Assembly (NCBI GenBank): GCA_031550255.1
Contig: JAVBOS010000131.1
Location: 1-47,164 of the forward strand
Direction of reading: 5' to 3'
Length of the DNA: 47,164 bases
Source: Anaeroplasmataceae bacterium
GTDB taxonomy: Bacteria > Bacillota_I > Bacilli_A > Acholeplasmatales > Anaeroplasmataceae
Position 1 is the first letter of the stretch. Each line of letters starts with the position of its first letter. Below are positions 22,019 through 30,736 of the stretch, one piece after another. The notes below the pieces were generated by a model that worked only from the letters and a program-made list of their open reading frames with translations, ran no database searches and was not told where the DNA came from. The position numbers were made by a program, and so were the translations under genes.

Positions 22019-22610
22019 AATTTTTTCGATTTACTTAAAATATCAAAAAGCGCAAGCGGTGATGGATGTAGTCAAAAAAATACTTTAAATTTAGAAGCTA
22101 AACCATTAATTTTTGATTATTATCCGCCTCATGCTATTGATATATTTATTGTTTTTGATATTACAGCAAGTATGATGAGTAATAGAAGTCACAATATGGC
22201 TCAAGCTAAAAGAACATTATTCCAAACCATATTGTCGCTTATTCAAGCGAAATAGTTTATAATAATCCAAAAAATAAAGAATATTTTTATACTGAACATC
22301 TTAAATGTAAAAATATTTATAATAGAGCTATTTTAACTAAAGATAATGACTCATTTTATTCTGATGTAAATGTAGAGGCTACAAACATTTATACATCTTA
22401 CGTTGTTGAATATATCGAATATAATTCTTGTAAGAAGTTATTGCCTTCTAAAATATTAATAATATTAAGCGATGTAAACAAATAACAATTTGCGATGAAA
22501 TTATTGATATTCCTTGTTATAAATTTGCTTATTCAGATGCATGTAGACTTGATTTATGTCATAGTAAAGATAATATTATTAAACTTTATTACTATTTATG
22601 CATTTTTACT
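22019..22610 (+). pseudogene. decayed vWA-domain protein gene (no start; at least two frame changes)
   Basis: Piece 1 (22019-22255) has no ATG and contains a MIDAS-like IDIFIVFDITASM. Piece 2 (22252-22485) is in another frame and ends ...KILIILSDVNK. Piece 3 runs to about 22610. None is listed in the ORF track. Confidence 0.5.
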
Positions 22611-22787
22611 TAATACATGATCAATATAAAAAATGGCAATATTGAATAAAGTTCCTAAAGATAATATAAATGCTTGAATTAATAGATTAGTATCTTCTGC
22701 TTTTAATCTAAATATAACAATAGCTGTTATTGTAATACTTAATATTATCCATTTTAAAACATTTGTAAATTTATATACTTTTTTCAT
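22596..22787 (-). CDS. hypothetical small 2-TM membrane protein
   Basis: 63 aa with two hydrophobic helices and a weak SD. It lies among gene remnants, so it may not be functional. Confidence 0.3.
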   Translation of the reverse strand: MKKVYKFTNVLKWIILSITITAIVIFRLKAEDTNLLIQAFILSLGTLFNIAIFYIDHVLSKNA

Positions 22788-22875
22788 TCTTTTTTCCTGC
22801 CTTTTTAATTTAATATAGATCTTTTTTATATATTATTTATTAAATACAATATCTATATCCATGACAATCTGATAA

Positions 22876-23112
22876 TTAATATCTTTTTTTGTCTGCATTT
22901 TCCTTTAGTATTAATAACGCTTCATTGTGTGTCATTCCTTTACGATAAGGACAATCTTCTGTTAGTGCTTGATATATATCTAATACCGTCATTAATTGTG
23001 ATTCGAAAGGGATCTCTATCATTTAAAATCAATTGTTTTGCTAATTTCAAAGCAATCAATGCTACCTTTCTGTTGTGATTTGTTACATCTTTAAACATAT
23101 CTATTTCTATGA
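22876..23112 (-). pseudogene. HD-GYP domain phosphodiesterase remnant (internal deletion plus frameshift)
   Basis: The reverse strand reads ...DVTNHNRKVALIALKLAKQL (start of the HD helix). In another frame it reads IEIPFESQLMTVLDIYQALTEDCPYRKGMTHNEALLILKE, the conserved C-terminal end of the HD-GYP domain. The catalytic core between the two pieces is missing. Confidence 0.55.
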
Positions 23113-23229
23113 ACTATAAACTGATAATAAAAATTCAATAAAGCCAAATTTCATTAAAAACACATCTAATGTATGATAATATATTTTTGTACAAATAAAA
23201 AGCAAATTGAGTTAATATTTATTAAATTG

Positions 23230-24324
23230 TTATTTATTAGAAATAAACAAATATTTTATCTTAGGTATAGCATACTTAAAGTATTCAATATATGCTTGAC
23301 AATAAATATTTTTATTTGCATTATTGTTATATCTTTTACATCCACTATTACAATATTTTTTAAATTCACATTCAAGGCAATCATCATGTAAATCTCTTTT
23401 AAAAACAAATTCATTAGCTGTTTTATTATTATTTAAGATGTTAAAATTATCTTTATTTATGTTGCCTAATATATAATTATCCACACAATAAAAATCACAA
23501 GGATAAACACTTCCGTCGGCTTCAATAACATTTTGAATACTACATATACCATTCATCCCACATATTTCCGTATTTAATTCTTGTACTTGTCTTATCAAAT
23601 TATCAATATGTCTAATGCTAATATATTTTCCTTTTATGAAGTCATCTAACCATAAATTAAAAATATCTATCAATAATGTTTTGTAATTTTCTACACTTAA
23701 ATTTTTTGATGCGCCTTCATAATTAAATTCATCTAAACAGGGAATAAATTGTAAATAATTAAAATTATTTTTTTTATAAAAATTATAAATTTTATTAGAC
23801 TTTAACGCATTATCATTACTTATAACCGTTAATAAATTAAAATCAACGTTGTATTTTTCTAATAACTCTATTGCATTCATTACTTTATGAAAAGTTTTTA
23901 AATTATGATTGGTAATTCTATTTATATCATGAGAATCTTTGTCACCATCTAAAGAAATACCAAGTAAGAAGTTGTTGTCTTTAAAGAAAGTACAATAATT
24001 TTTATCTATTAATAATCCATTGGTTTGCAAAGAATAAATAATTTTTACATTACTTTTATTTTTTTCATTAACATACTCAATAAATTTTTTATAAAAATCT
24101 ATACCAATAAGTAGGGGTTCTCCACCTTGAAAAGCAAAAGAGATTGCTTTATTTTGATTATCAAAAGCTTTATCAATTAATTTATATGCCGTTTGTATAC
24201 TCATAATTCCCTTATTATAAATACTTCTCGTTTTTGCAAGCGAATGATAAAAACAATACTTACAAGACATATTACAAGAACTTGATGCTGGCTTGATTAA
24301 GATTGATAAAACTTGATTATTCAT
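23230..24324 (-). CDS. anaerobic sulfatase-maturating enzyme (radical SAM/SPASM)
   Basis: SILIKPASSSCNMSCKYCFY contains the CX3CX2C motif. GGEPLL is present, and the C-terminus has a Cys-rich SPASM region (CDFYC..., CLECEFKKYCNSGC). The gene is operonic with a Cys-type sulfatase. Confidence 0.88.
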   Translation of the reverse strand: MNNQVLSILIKPASSSCNMSCKYCFYHSLAKTRSIYNKGIMSIQTAYKLIDKAFDNQNKAISFAFQGGEPLLIGIDFYKKFIEYVNEKNKSNVKIIYSLQTNGLLIDKNYCTFFKDNNFLLGISLDGDKDSHDINRITNHNLKTFHKVMNAIELLEKYNVDFNLLTVISNDNALKSNKIYNFYKKNNFNYLQFIPCLDEFNYEGASKNLSVENYKTLLIDIFNLWLDDFIKGKYISIRHIDNLIRQVQELNTEICGMNGICSIQNVIEADGSVYPCDFYCVDNYILGNINKDNFNILNNNKTANEFVFKRDLHDDCLECEFKKYCNSGCKRYNNNANKNIYCQAYIEYFKYAIPKIKYLFISNK

Positions 24325-24336
24325 AGCTATACTCCT

Positions 24337-25119
24337 TTAAAAACTAATAAATCTTATAATGTTAATAATTACTATTACCAATATAATTATTTGCATAATA
24401 TTAAATAATTTTTTAATTCCAGTTGAACTGATTTTATGTTGAATTAATGACCCAATTAATCCACCAACAACTCCACTAATAACCAAGTAAGGGAGTAAAG
24501 ATAAATCTAATCCACTAAATCCACTTGTAAAAGATATGGTTATTATCTTTGAAATTTGAGCAAACATTATTATAGATAAAGAATAAATTACAGCTTCTTT
24601 TATGTCTAAACCAAATACAATTATAATAATAGCCATATTAACTGGCCCACCGCCAATCCCTAAGAATGCTGATATCATTCCTAAGAAAAAACCAACTAAT
24701 ATAAAAACATATTTCTTATTACAATTAAATGATTTAATGTTTTTCATAAAACTATAAATAATTGTAAAAACAATTAGTATCCCTATAATAATATTTTGAG
24801 TCAACTTTATGGATAAATCATTTGTAGATTTTATTAATATTTTTTCTAATATTGATTGCCCACAAATACCACCAATTATAGAACCAATAGATATAAAAAT
24901 AAGCTGAGTATATTGGATTTTTTTTGACTTAGTAACATTTCTAAAAATAGATACAGCAGACATTGCTAATAACACAAAAGATACTAGTGCACCAATTGTA
25001 CTAGTATCATAATCTCCAAGTAAATCAAATATAGGTTTTATAATAATTCCTCCACCTATGCCAGATATTGACCCTATGGTAGTAACTATTAAAACAATTG
25101 TTATATATAAAACTAACAT
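24337..25119 (-). CDS. TauE/SafE family sulfite/anion exporter
   Basis: 260 aa, about 8 TM helices, with repeated GIGGG motifs. Its start overlaps the sulfatase stop by 1 nt. Confidence 0.85.
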   Translation of the reverse strand: MLVLYITIVLIVTTIGSISGIGGGIIIKPIFDLLGDYDTSTIGALVSFVLLAMSAVSIFRNVTKSKKIQYTQLIFISIGSIIGGICGQSILEKILIKSTNDLSIKLTQNIIIGILIVFTIIYSFMKNIKSFNCNKKYVFILVGFFLGMISAFLGIGGGPVNMAIIIIVFGLDIKEAVIYSLSIIMFAQISKIITISFTSGFSGLDLSLLPYLVISGVVGGLIGSLIQHKISSTGIKKLFNIMQIIILVIVIINIIRFISF

Positions 25120-26969
25120 TATTTTGACCTTTGAAGTAATTTTAATTGCTCTGTGTATTTTTTCGCCTTTTGCATTTTTAAAACATTTTGTGATGGATCA
25201 TCAAATTTACTATCACAAGCATATTCATTACTATTTAATACATATGTAATATTATCATCAACGAAATCATCTAATCCATTTTCAAAATTAAACATACGTT
25301 TTGATAACAATGGATAATCTACATCAGTATCCTTGAATTCTATTCTTTTACGTTCTAATAATTCTTTCATCATCTTGATACTATCTTGATATTCTGGTTG
25401 ATAATAAACATTATTATTTTCATTTGGATCTTTCACCAAATCATAGAATTCTGCACCAACAGGAGACCACCTATTGTTTTGTTTTCTATCAACTGATTTT
25501 CCTAAAGGCATCCCATAGTACATAACAAGTAAATACTCTTTAGTTCTTACACCATAATGAGCTGGAGTATTTGCGCATCCATTTGCCCAGTATCTATAAT
25601 ATTCAACATTTTCCCAATCTTCTGGAGTTTGCCCCATTAAATTTTTTCTAAAACTTCTTCCTTGCATTCCTGGATGTTTTTTTATTCCAGCATAATCAAG
25701 AAGTGTAGGTGCAAAATCTATTACAGTAACAATATCTTCACATCTTGAAGAAGGTTTAATTTCTTTAGGATATCTTATAATTAAAGGCATTTTAGATGAT
25801 TCGTTAAATATCCACCTTTTATCATCTAAAGTATGTTCTCCTAAGAATAATCCTTGGTCTGAGGTAACTATTACAACCGTATTATCAGTAAGATTCTTCT
25901 CATCTAAATATTTTAATAATTTTCCAATATTTTCATCAACACCTGCAACAAGACGAAGATATCCACCTGTCTCAGTTTGATAATTTTTTATCATGTTTAA
26001 TTCTTCTTCTTTTGTGTATGTATCCTCCTTATATCCAGGTTTTAACATACCAAAATCTCTAGCAGAAATGTCTCTAGAATCTCTATTTGGTAAAAAGTTA
26101 TCAGGAGGAAGTATTTGTTCATCCTTAAAATAATATGGATTTTTTTCCTTCTTTTTTTCATCAAAGTATTCTAAGGCATATTTAGGATTATAACCAATAT
26201 TTGGCACATGTGGTGCCTTTTCATGAATCATAATCATAAATGGTTTTTCCTCATCTCTATTATCTAACCAGTCTAAGGCCATTTTCATTGTTAAGTCCGT
26301 ACTAAACAAATGTTCATCCCCATTTTTATTTCTAGCATTACTTGTATCTAATGGATCAAGACCTTCTGGCTGTTTATAGCATCTGTTAAACTGAGCATAT
26401 GGTTTTTCATTTGGATCAATGCTTTGTCCATTAACAAACTCTCCCATATAAAATCTCTCATTTTCATCATATTTTGGCCATACGGGTGCCGGATTAGCAC
26501 TACTTTCTATACTCCAAATATCACACCATTTAAAATATATTTTTCCATTATCCCAAATACGATCCCATCCATATCTGCCTTGCCCTCTCATTATATTGTA
26601 ATAGCTAAACCCCTGAGGTTCTGTTCCCAAGTGCCATTTACCTACTAAAGCTGTTTCATACCCAGCTTCTTGCATTAATTTTGGATAAGTTATGGTTTGT
26701 GGATTTAAAACATCTGACAAAGTATGAACTTTATTAATATGTGAATATTGTCCCGTAATAATACAAGCTCTACTTGGTACACATATTGCGTTAGTACAAT
26801 ACGAATTAGCAACAATCGTTCCTTCTTTAGCTAATCTATCCATATGAGGTGTTTGAAACACATCTTTAAAATTACCACCAATACTACTTATCGCTTGAGA
26901 AGTTAAATCATCACACATGTAATAAACTATATTTAATTTTTCTTGTTTTTGATTTTTGTTATTTAACAT
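25119..26969 (-). CDS. Cys-type sulfatase (S1 family), no signal peptide
   Basis: The CVPSRACIITG formylglycine motif and the N-terminal NIVYYMCDDL metal site are present. The N-terminus MLNNKNQKQEKLN has no hydrophobic leader. A GGAGGA SD precedes the start. Confidence 0.9.
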   Translation of the reverse strand: MLNNKNQKQEKLNIVYYMCDDLTSQAISSIGGNFKDVFQTPHMDRLAKEGTIVANSYCTNAICVPSRACIITGQYSHINKVHTLSDVLNPQTITYPKLMQEAGYETALVGKWHLGTEPQGFSYYNIMRGQGRYGWDRIWDNGKIYFKWCDIWSIESSANPAPVWPKYDENERFYMGEFVNGQSIDPNEKPYAQFNRCYKQPEGLDPLDTSNARNKNGDEHLFSTDLTMKMALDWLDNRDEEKPFMIMIHEKAPHVPNIGYNPKYALEYFDEKKKEKNPYYFKDEQILPPDNFLPNRDSRDISARDFGMLKPGYKEDTYTKEEELNMIKNYQTETGGYLRLVAGVDENIGKLLKYLDEKNLTDNTVVIVTSDQGLFLGEHTLDDKRWIFNESSKMPLIIRYPKEIKPSSRCEDIVTVIDFAPTLLDYAGIKKHPGMQGRSFRKNLMGQTPEDWENVEYYRYWANGCANTPAHYGVRTKEYLLVMYYGMPLGKSVDRKQNNRWSPVGAEFYDLVKDPNENNNVYYQPEYQDSIKMMKELLERKRIEFKDTDVDYPLLSKRMFNFENGLDDFVDDNITYVLNSNEYACDSKFDDPSQNVLKMQKAKKYTEQLKLLQRSK

Positions 26970-27177
26970 CTAATGTCCTCCAAAATTTAAAAAATACTAA
27001 AAAAATAATACTTATTATTCTGATTATTAACCGCCCTTTCTAAATGCATTTTAAAACATCTGTTTGACTTTCTTATTGACTTAATTATTTGAAATCTAGT
27101 TTATACGAGTATGCAGTGATAAAGATTAATAGAATAACTATGATTAATCATATTTTTTAACACCACTTGTTATTAAG

Positions 27178-27205
27178 ATTATAACAAAAAAACTCATTTT
27201 TTCAA
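27178..27205 (-). promoter_or_regulatory. strong sigma-A-type promoter candidate (TTGAAA-16-TGtTATAAT) for the sulfatase operon
   Basis: The reverse complement reads TTGAAA aaatgagtttttttgt TATAAT with a TG extension. It lies about 200 nt upstream of the sulfatase ATG. Confidence 0.5.
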
Positions 27206-27259
27206 ATAAGTTTTTTAGATTTTATTACCATTCGTTTATAAATATTAAAAAATATTTAA

Positions 27260-27916
27260 TTATGGTTTTATAATTGTTATTAATGAAATAACAATCAAAA
27301 TAATAATTTGATTTTCAGATAATTCTTCGAGACATTTTTTTGTCACCTGTAATTCATTAATAATTAGCAATCCATCAACATTTAACACTCTATAACATTC
27401 ATTAAGTGCATCTCGATAATTTCCAGTATTGTATTGAATATTTATAAGACCATGTCGAGATGAAATAACATCTATAGAGCTATCATCAAATGGCATATTA
27501 CATATGCTAAATGCCATTGCGGTAGCATTTTTATACTCTGTTTTTTGTAACATTTTAAACCACGTATTCATTAGATAAGGGCTTATATCAGAGATTATTA
27601 CTTTTGCATTAGGATTACTTACTAAATAAGCAGTTCCAAATCCTCCTGTTGGACCAGAATACACTTCAACTATATAACCATTTTTATTCTTAGTTAATTC
27701 AACAACTTTATTAAATGTTACCTTACTCGAAAGATATTCGTTATTTTTATCGCTCATTAACCACTTGGTATCACTAAATCTACTAGGTCAAATTATTTCT
27801 TCTAAATCTTCATCATCTTGCCAGCTGTCAATAAAGTCATTATCAACAAAATTTACAAATTCATCATTATAACTTACATTATTCATTTTCAAGATATTTC
27901 CAAATTTATTTTCCAT
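27260..27916 (-). pseudogene. class I SAM-dependent methyltransferase interrupted by an in-frame TGA (or N-terminally truncated gene 27260-27757)
   Basis: The track ORF (27260-27757) carries the motif I region VEVYSGPTGGFG plus DVISSRHGL and LNVDGLLII. The same frame continues upstream to an ATG at 27916 with a GAGGA SD and is broken only by TGA at 27788-27790. Confidence 0.55.
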
Positions 27917-28011
27917 TCTAGTGTCCTCAATTTTTTCATTGTAACAAGTATTAATTTTCCTTGCTAGAAAACATCGAAATCATTGATGTCTCTACTGAGG
28001 ATTAGATATTA

Positions 28012-29241
28012 TTATTTTCTATCGTCAATAAATTCAATTAAAACATTTGGATGTTCCTCTTTATAAAAATTTATAATCTTCGCTATTTCCAGATTTATAT
28101 AAGTTTTATTCTTATAAACATTAATTATTGGTTTAAATGTTAAGCATAATCCATCAATGGTGCTTTTTCCAATATTTTTAATAGTTGCCTTCATTAAAAG
28201 CGATTCATATGTCTTAATGAATTTTTCTCCATTAAACATAGACGTTATACTAAAAAATTCATTTTGTAATTGAATTAATTGAAGTTTTCCTATTAAAGTA
28301 TTACTATCCGGTTCTTTAATATTATTAAAATCAAAATTGTCTAGATTCTCGTTCACAGAGATTTTAATATCTTTTAATGTATTATAATCTATTCCTTTAC
28401 CTTCGCATTCAACATTACAGCAAAATTTTTTATCTAGTCGAATGATAATCTTATTTAAATAATTTTTATCCTTGAATAATTCAATAAAATAATCTATTGC
28501 TAAAGAAATAACTTCGTTAATATTCTCTAGTGTATTTGCCCGCGCCGTTTCATTTTCAAGTAATTCGTCTATTTCAAAATCATTTTTTGTTTTTTTAACT
28601 ATTTTTCTAATTTTTCTATTCATAAAAAATCTAATAATTTTAAATAAAAATCCCTCTTTAACTCCTTGTTCCTCTTGATTAAACAATTCGCCATTAAAGT
28701 CCATGCTAGCCACAAAATCCTTAATTAATTCTTCGGGATTAGTTCTCTTGTTTAAATCGATAATGTAATCATAATATTCAAGATCATGAATAATAATCGG
28801 AACTTCTTTACTAAACACTTCTTTTATTACCCCTGTATTTCTTATTTTAATTGCAATTGTAGATAAAAGCTCTGCTAATTCTTTATATCCGCTAGGACCT
28901 GCAGCAATATAATTCATTGATTCGTCATACACATCTTCCAACTCTTTACCTACATTATTTACACCAATACTTTTTAAATATTCTAACGCTTCGTCAATTT
29001 CGGCACTTGTCTCAATCACATCAATCGTATTTTGAGACCAAAAAGCATAATTCCAACGTTCTTCGCTAATAAGTGGGGCAAAATTACAATCATTTTCTGT
29101 ATTGTAACTTACATATAAATGTGGCATATTCTCATCGATTTGATTCATATGTAGAAAAAATGAAATAGCATAGCCATTAGTAGGCTTTAATTCTTTTATT
29201 ATTTGATATAGTTTTTGATATAGTTTTTCTTCAAAATTCAT
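28012..29241 (-). CDS. hypothetical protein; N-terminal half is DUF4303-like (immunity-protein-like), C-terminal half is unassigned
   Basis: 409 aa with an AGGAGG SD. The N-terminal pattern YAISFFLH...LYVSYNTEND...ERWNYAFW resembles DUF4303 as recalled. Confidence 0.55.
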   Translation of the reverse strand: MNFEEKLYQKLYQIIKELKPTNGYAISFFLHMNQIDENMPHLYVSYNTENDCNFAPLISEERWNYAFWSQNTIDVIETSAEIDEALEYLKSIGVNNVGKELEDVYDESMNYIAAGPSGYKELAELLSTIAIKIRNTGVIKEVFSKEVPIIIHDLEYYDYIIDLNKRTNPEELIKDFVASMDFNGELFNQEEQGVKEGFLFKIIRFFMNRKIRKIVKKTKNDFEIDELLENETARANTLENINEVISLAIDYFIELFKDKNYLNKIIIRLDKKFCCNVECEGKGIDYNTLKDIKISVNENLDNFDFNNIKEPDSNTLIGKLQLIQLQNEFFSITSMFNGEKFIKTYESLLMKATIKNIGKSTIDGLCLTFKPIINVYKNKTYINLEIAKIINFYKEEHPNVLIEFIDDRK

Positions 29242-29280
29242 ATTTATTTCCTCCTATTATAAATAGTCTTTTCTAAAACA

Positions 29281-29289
29281 ATTATATCA
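29281..29289 (-). promoter_or_regulatory. candidate extended -10 (TGATATAAT) for the 409-aa gene
   Basis: The reverse complement of 29281-29289 is TGATATAAT. It follows the terminator T-run directly and lies 40 nt upstream of the ATG. Confidence 0.4.
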
Positions 29290-29349
29290 AAAAAACTCAT
29301 CTATTTCTAGATGAGCTTCAAGTTTCAAATTTGGCAACTGAAGTTTTTT
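29289..29349. terminator. double-hairpin bidirectional terminator
   Basis: Hairpin 1 is ctcatcta-tttc-tagatgag (29296-29315). Hairpin 2 is cttcaagtt...aactgaag (29316-29343). The pair is flanked by A7 on the left and T6 on the right. Confidence 0.65.
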
Positions 29350-29812
29350 AAATGAAAAAATCCAGTTAACATCTTAATCATTGATTTTTCTACTGGAAAT
29401 TTTATATAACAACTTACTTTATGACATTCATTTTAACGTTTTGCTGTTTCTAATATTTCCATTTGCTTTATTGCAAATTTATCATATGAGATCGTTTAAT
29501 TCTAATGAGCTTACGTAGTTGTTTCATTAAAACTAAATAAACCATTTTGGATATCTTAACTTAAAGAATCTATTAACTTAAAAAGGTTATCAAATTGTTC
29601 ATTTCCATTATTTATTAAATCTTGTTTAGTCGTTGCTTCATTTTAATAAATTATAATACTTTTAAGTATATAAATTTTCGCGGAGTTTGATATGTCTACC
29701 GAAAATTCTATATTGGAACTTGCTATAGAATATATTATTTTATTAATTTCATATTCCCTTGAAATCAAAAATATGTTTTGTTTTTCTTAATTTAAGCATG
29801 TCATGATTTTTT

Positions 29813-30736
29813 CTATAAAATCATTTTCAATTTTTTTAACACTTTTTTATTATAATCTATTTTCATTATTTCATTTGCATAAATAAAAATATGCTTATCT
29901 ATTTCTTCAATTTTAATTATATCCTTTTTATAAATTATAGTTTTATAAGATAATGTTTTGTGTAACATTTTCTTTTCAGTAATAACTAGTTTTCCTCCAA
30001 TTTTTTCTATAAAATTTTTTTTAATTAACGGTAATATTAATCCAACCGAAATAGGCATCGACAGTACCGTGAGAGGAAAAGAGATAGCTTTAAATGCAAA
30101 TATCCAGATAACCATCAACAATAAACATCCGATAAAAATAAAAATACTATTTAAGAAATTCACTAATGTATAAGAATACTGAAATTCTTTTTTTTCTTTT
30201 TTATTAACATAGTTATTGTTATCTATATTTCCTATATAAAATGTTTTAAGCAAATGATATACAGCATTATCAAATAGGTAGCAAATTTTTTTAATATTAT
30301 CTCCACAAAATTCTGTTTTGTCCAAATAGACATCTATAAATTCATCATTGATAATTACAGCAGAAACATTTGACCATAGAAATTGATGAGGTATTGATAG
30401 AAATTTTTTATTCATCTTAACCTGCCCGAAACTAGCAACTAAAACATTATTATCCAGATCATATAATTTCATCTGCTTTGGTTGTATTAAATTATATTCT
30501 TTGTAAATATTATTTTCATCTCCAAATGTTCTTACTATATCATAATCAACATATTTATAAAGTGACAAAAATGCAGGAACTGATCCTATAAATAATGCTC
30601 CTTCTACAATCATAATGATAATTGCATATAAAGGAACATTATCATTGTATAAACTTGCAAAAATTATAATAGTAGACATCAAAATAATGAACATTAATGC
30701 TACTGTTAGTAAAACTATTTTTTGTACTTTATGCAT
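29813..30736 (-). CDS. hypothetical 4-TM membrane protein with two (2TM + soluble beta-rich) modules; C-terminal module resembles a bacterial PH (YdbS-like) domain
   Basis: Start moved to MHKVQK at 30736 after an AGGAG SD; the track ORF extends to 30757. TM pairs lie near aa 10-60 and 195-240. The C-terminal GGKLVITEKKMLHKTLSYKTIIYKKDIIKIE is bPH-like. Confidence 0.55.
   Translation of the reverse strand: MHKVQKIVLLTVALMFIILMSTIIIFASLYNDNVPLYAIIIMIVEGALFIGSVPAFLSLYKYVDYDIVRTFGDENNIYKEYNLIQPKQMKLYDLDNNVLVASFGQVKMNKKFLSIPHQFLWSNVSAVIINDEFIDVYLDKTEFCGDNIKKICYLFDNAVYHLLKTFYIGNIDNNNYVNKKEKKEFQYSYTLVNFLNSIFIFIGCLLLMVIWIFAFKAISFPLTVLSMPISVGLILPLIKKNFIEKIGGKLVITEKKMLHKTLSYKTIIYKKDIIKIEEIDKHIFIYANEIMKIDYNKKVLKKLKMIL

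Noticed and set aside
23230-24324. The radical SAM/SPASM enzyme could be a RiPP maturase.
   Set aside because: It is operonic with a Cys-type sulfatase and has anSME-like N-terminal motifs. No precursor-peptide ORF is adjacent.
27140-27151. A perfect 12-nt palindrome, ATGATTAATCAT, in the sulfatase leader could be an operator.
   Set aside because: Short AT-only palindromes are expected frequently by chance in DNA this AT-rich. There is no cognate regulator nearby and no second copy.
27788-27790. The in-frame TGA could mean genetic code 4 (TGA = Trp), as in Mollicutes relatives.
   Set aside because: It is the only case seen. Trp is encoded by TGG where I checked (e.g. rnfB). All long ORFs are intact under code 11. 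The sporulation gene set argues for a standard-code Bacillota. The stops I checked were all TAA or TAG, so TGA usage is untested and a formal check is still advisable.
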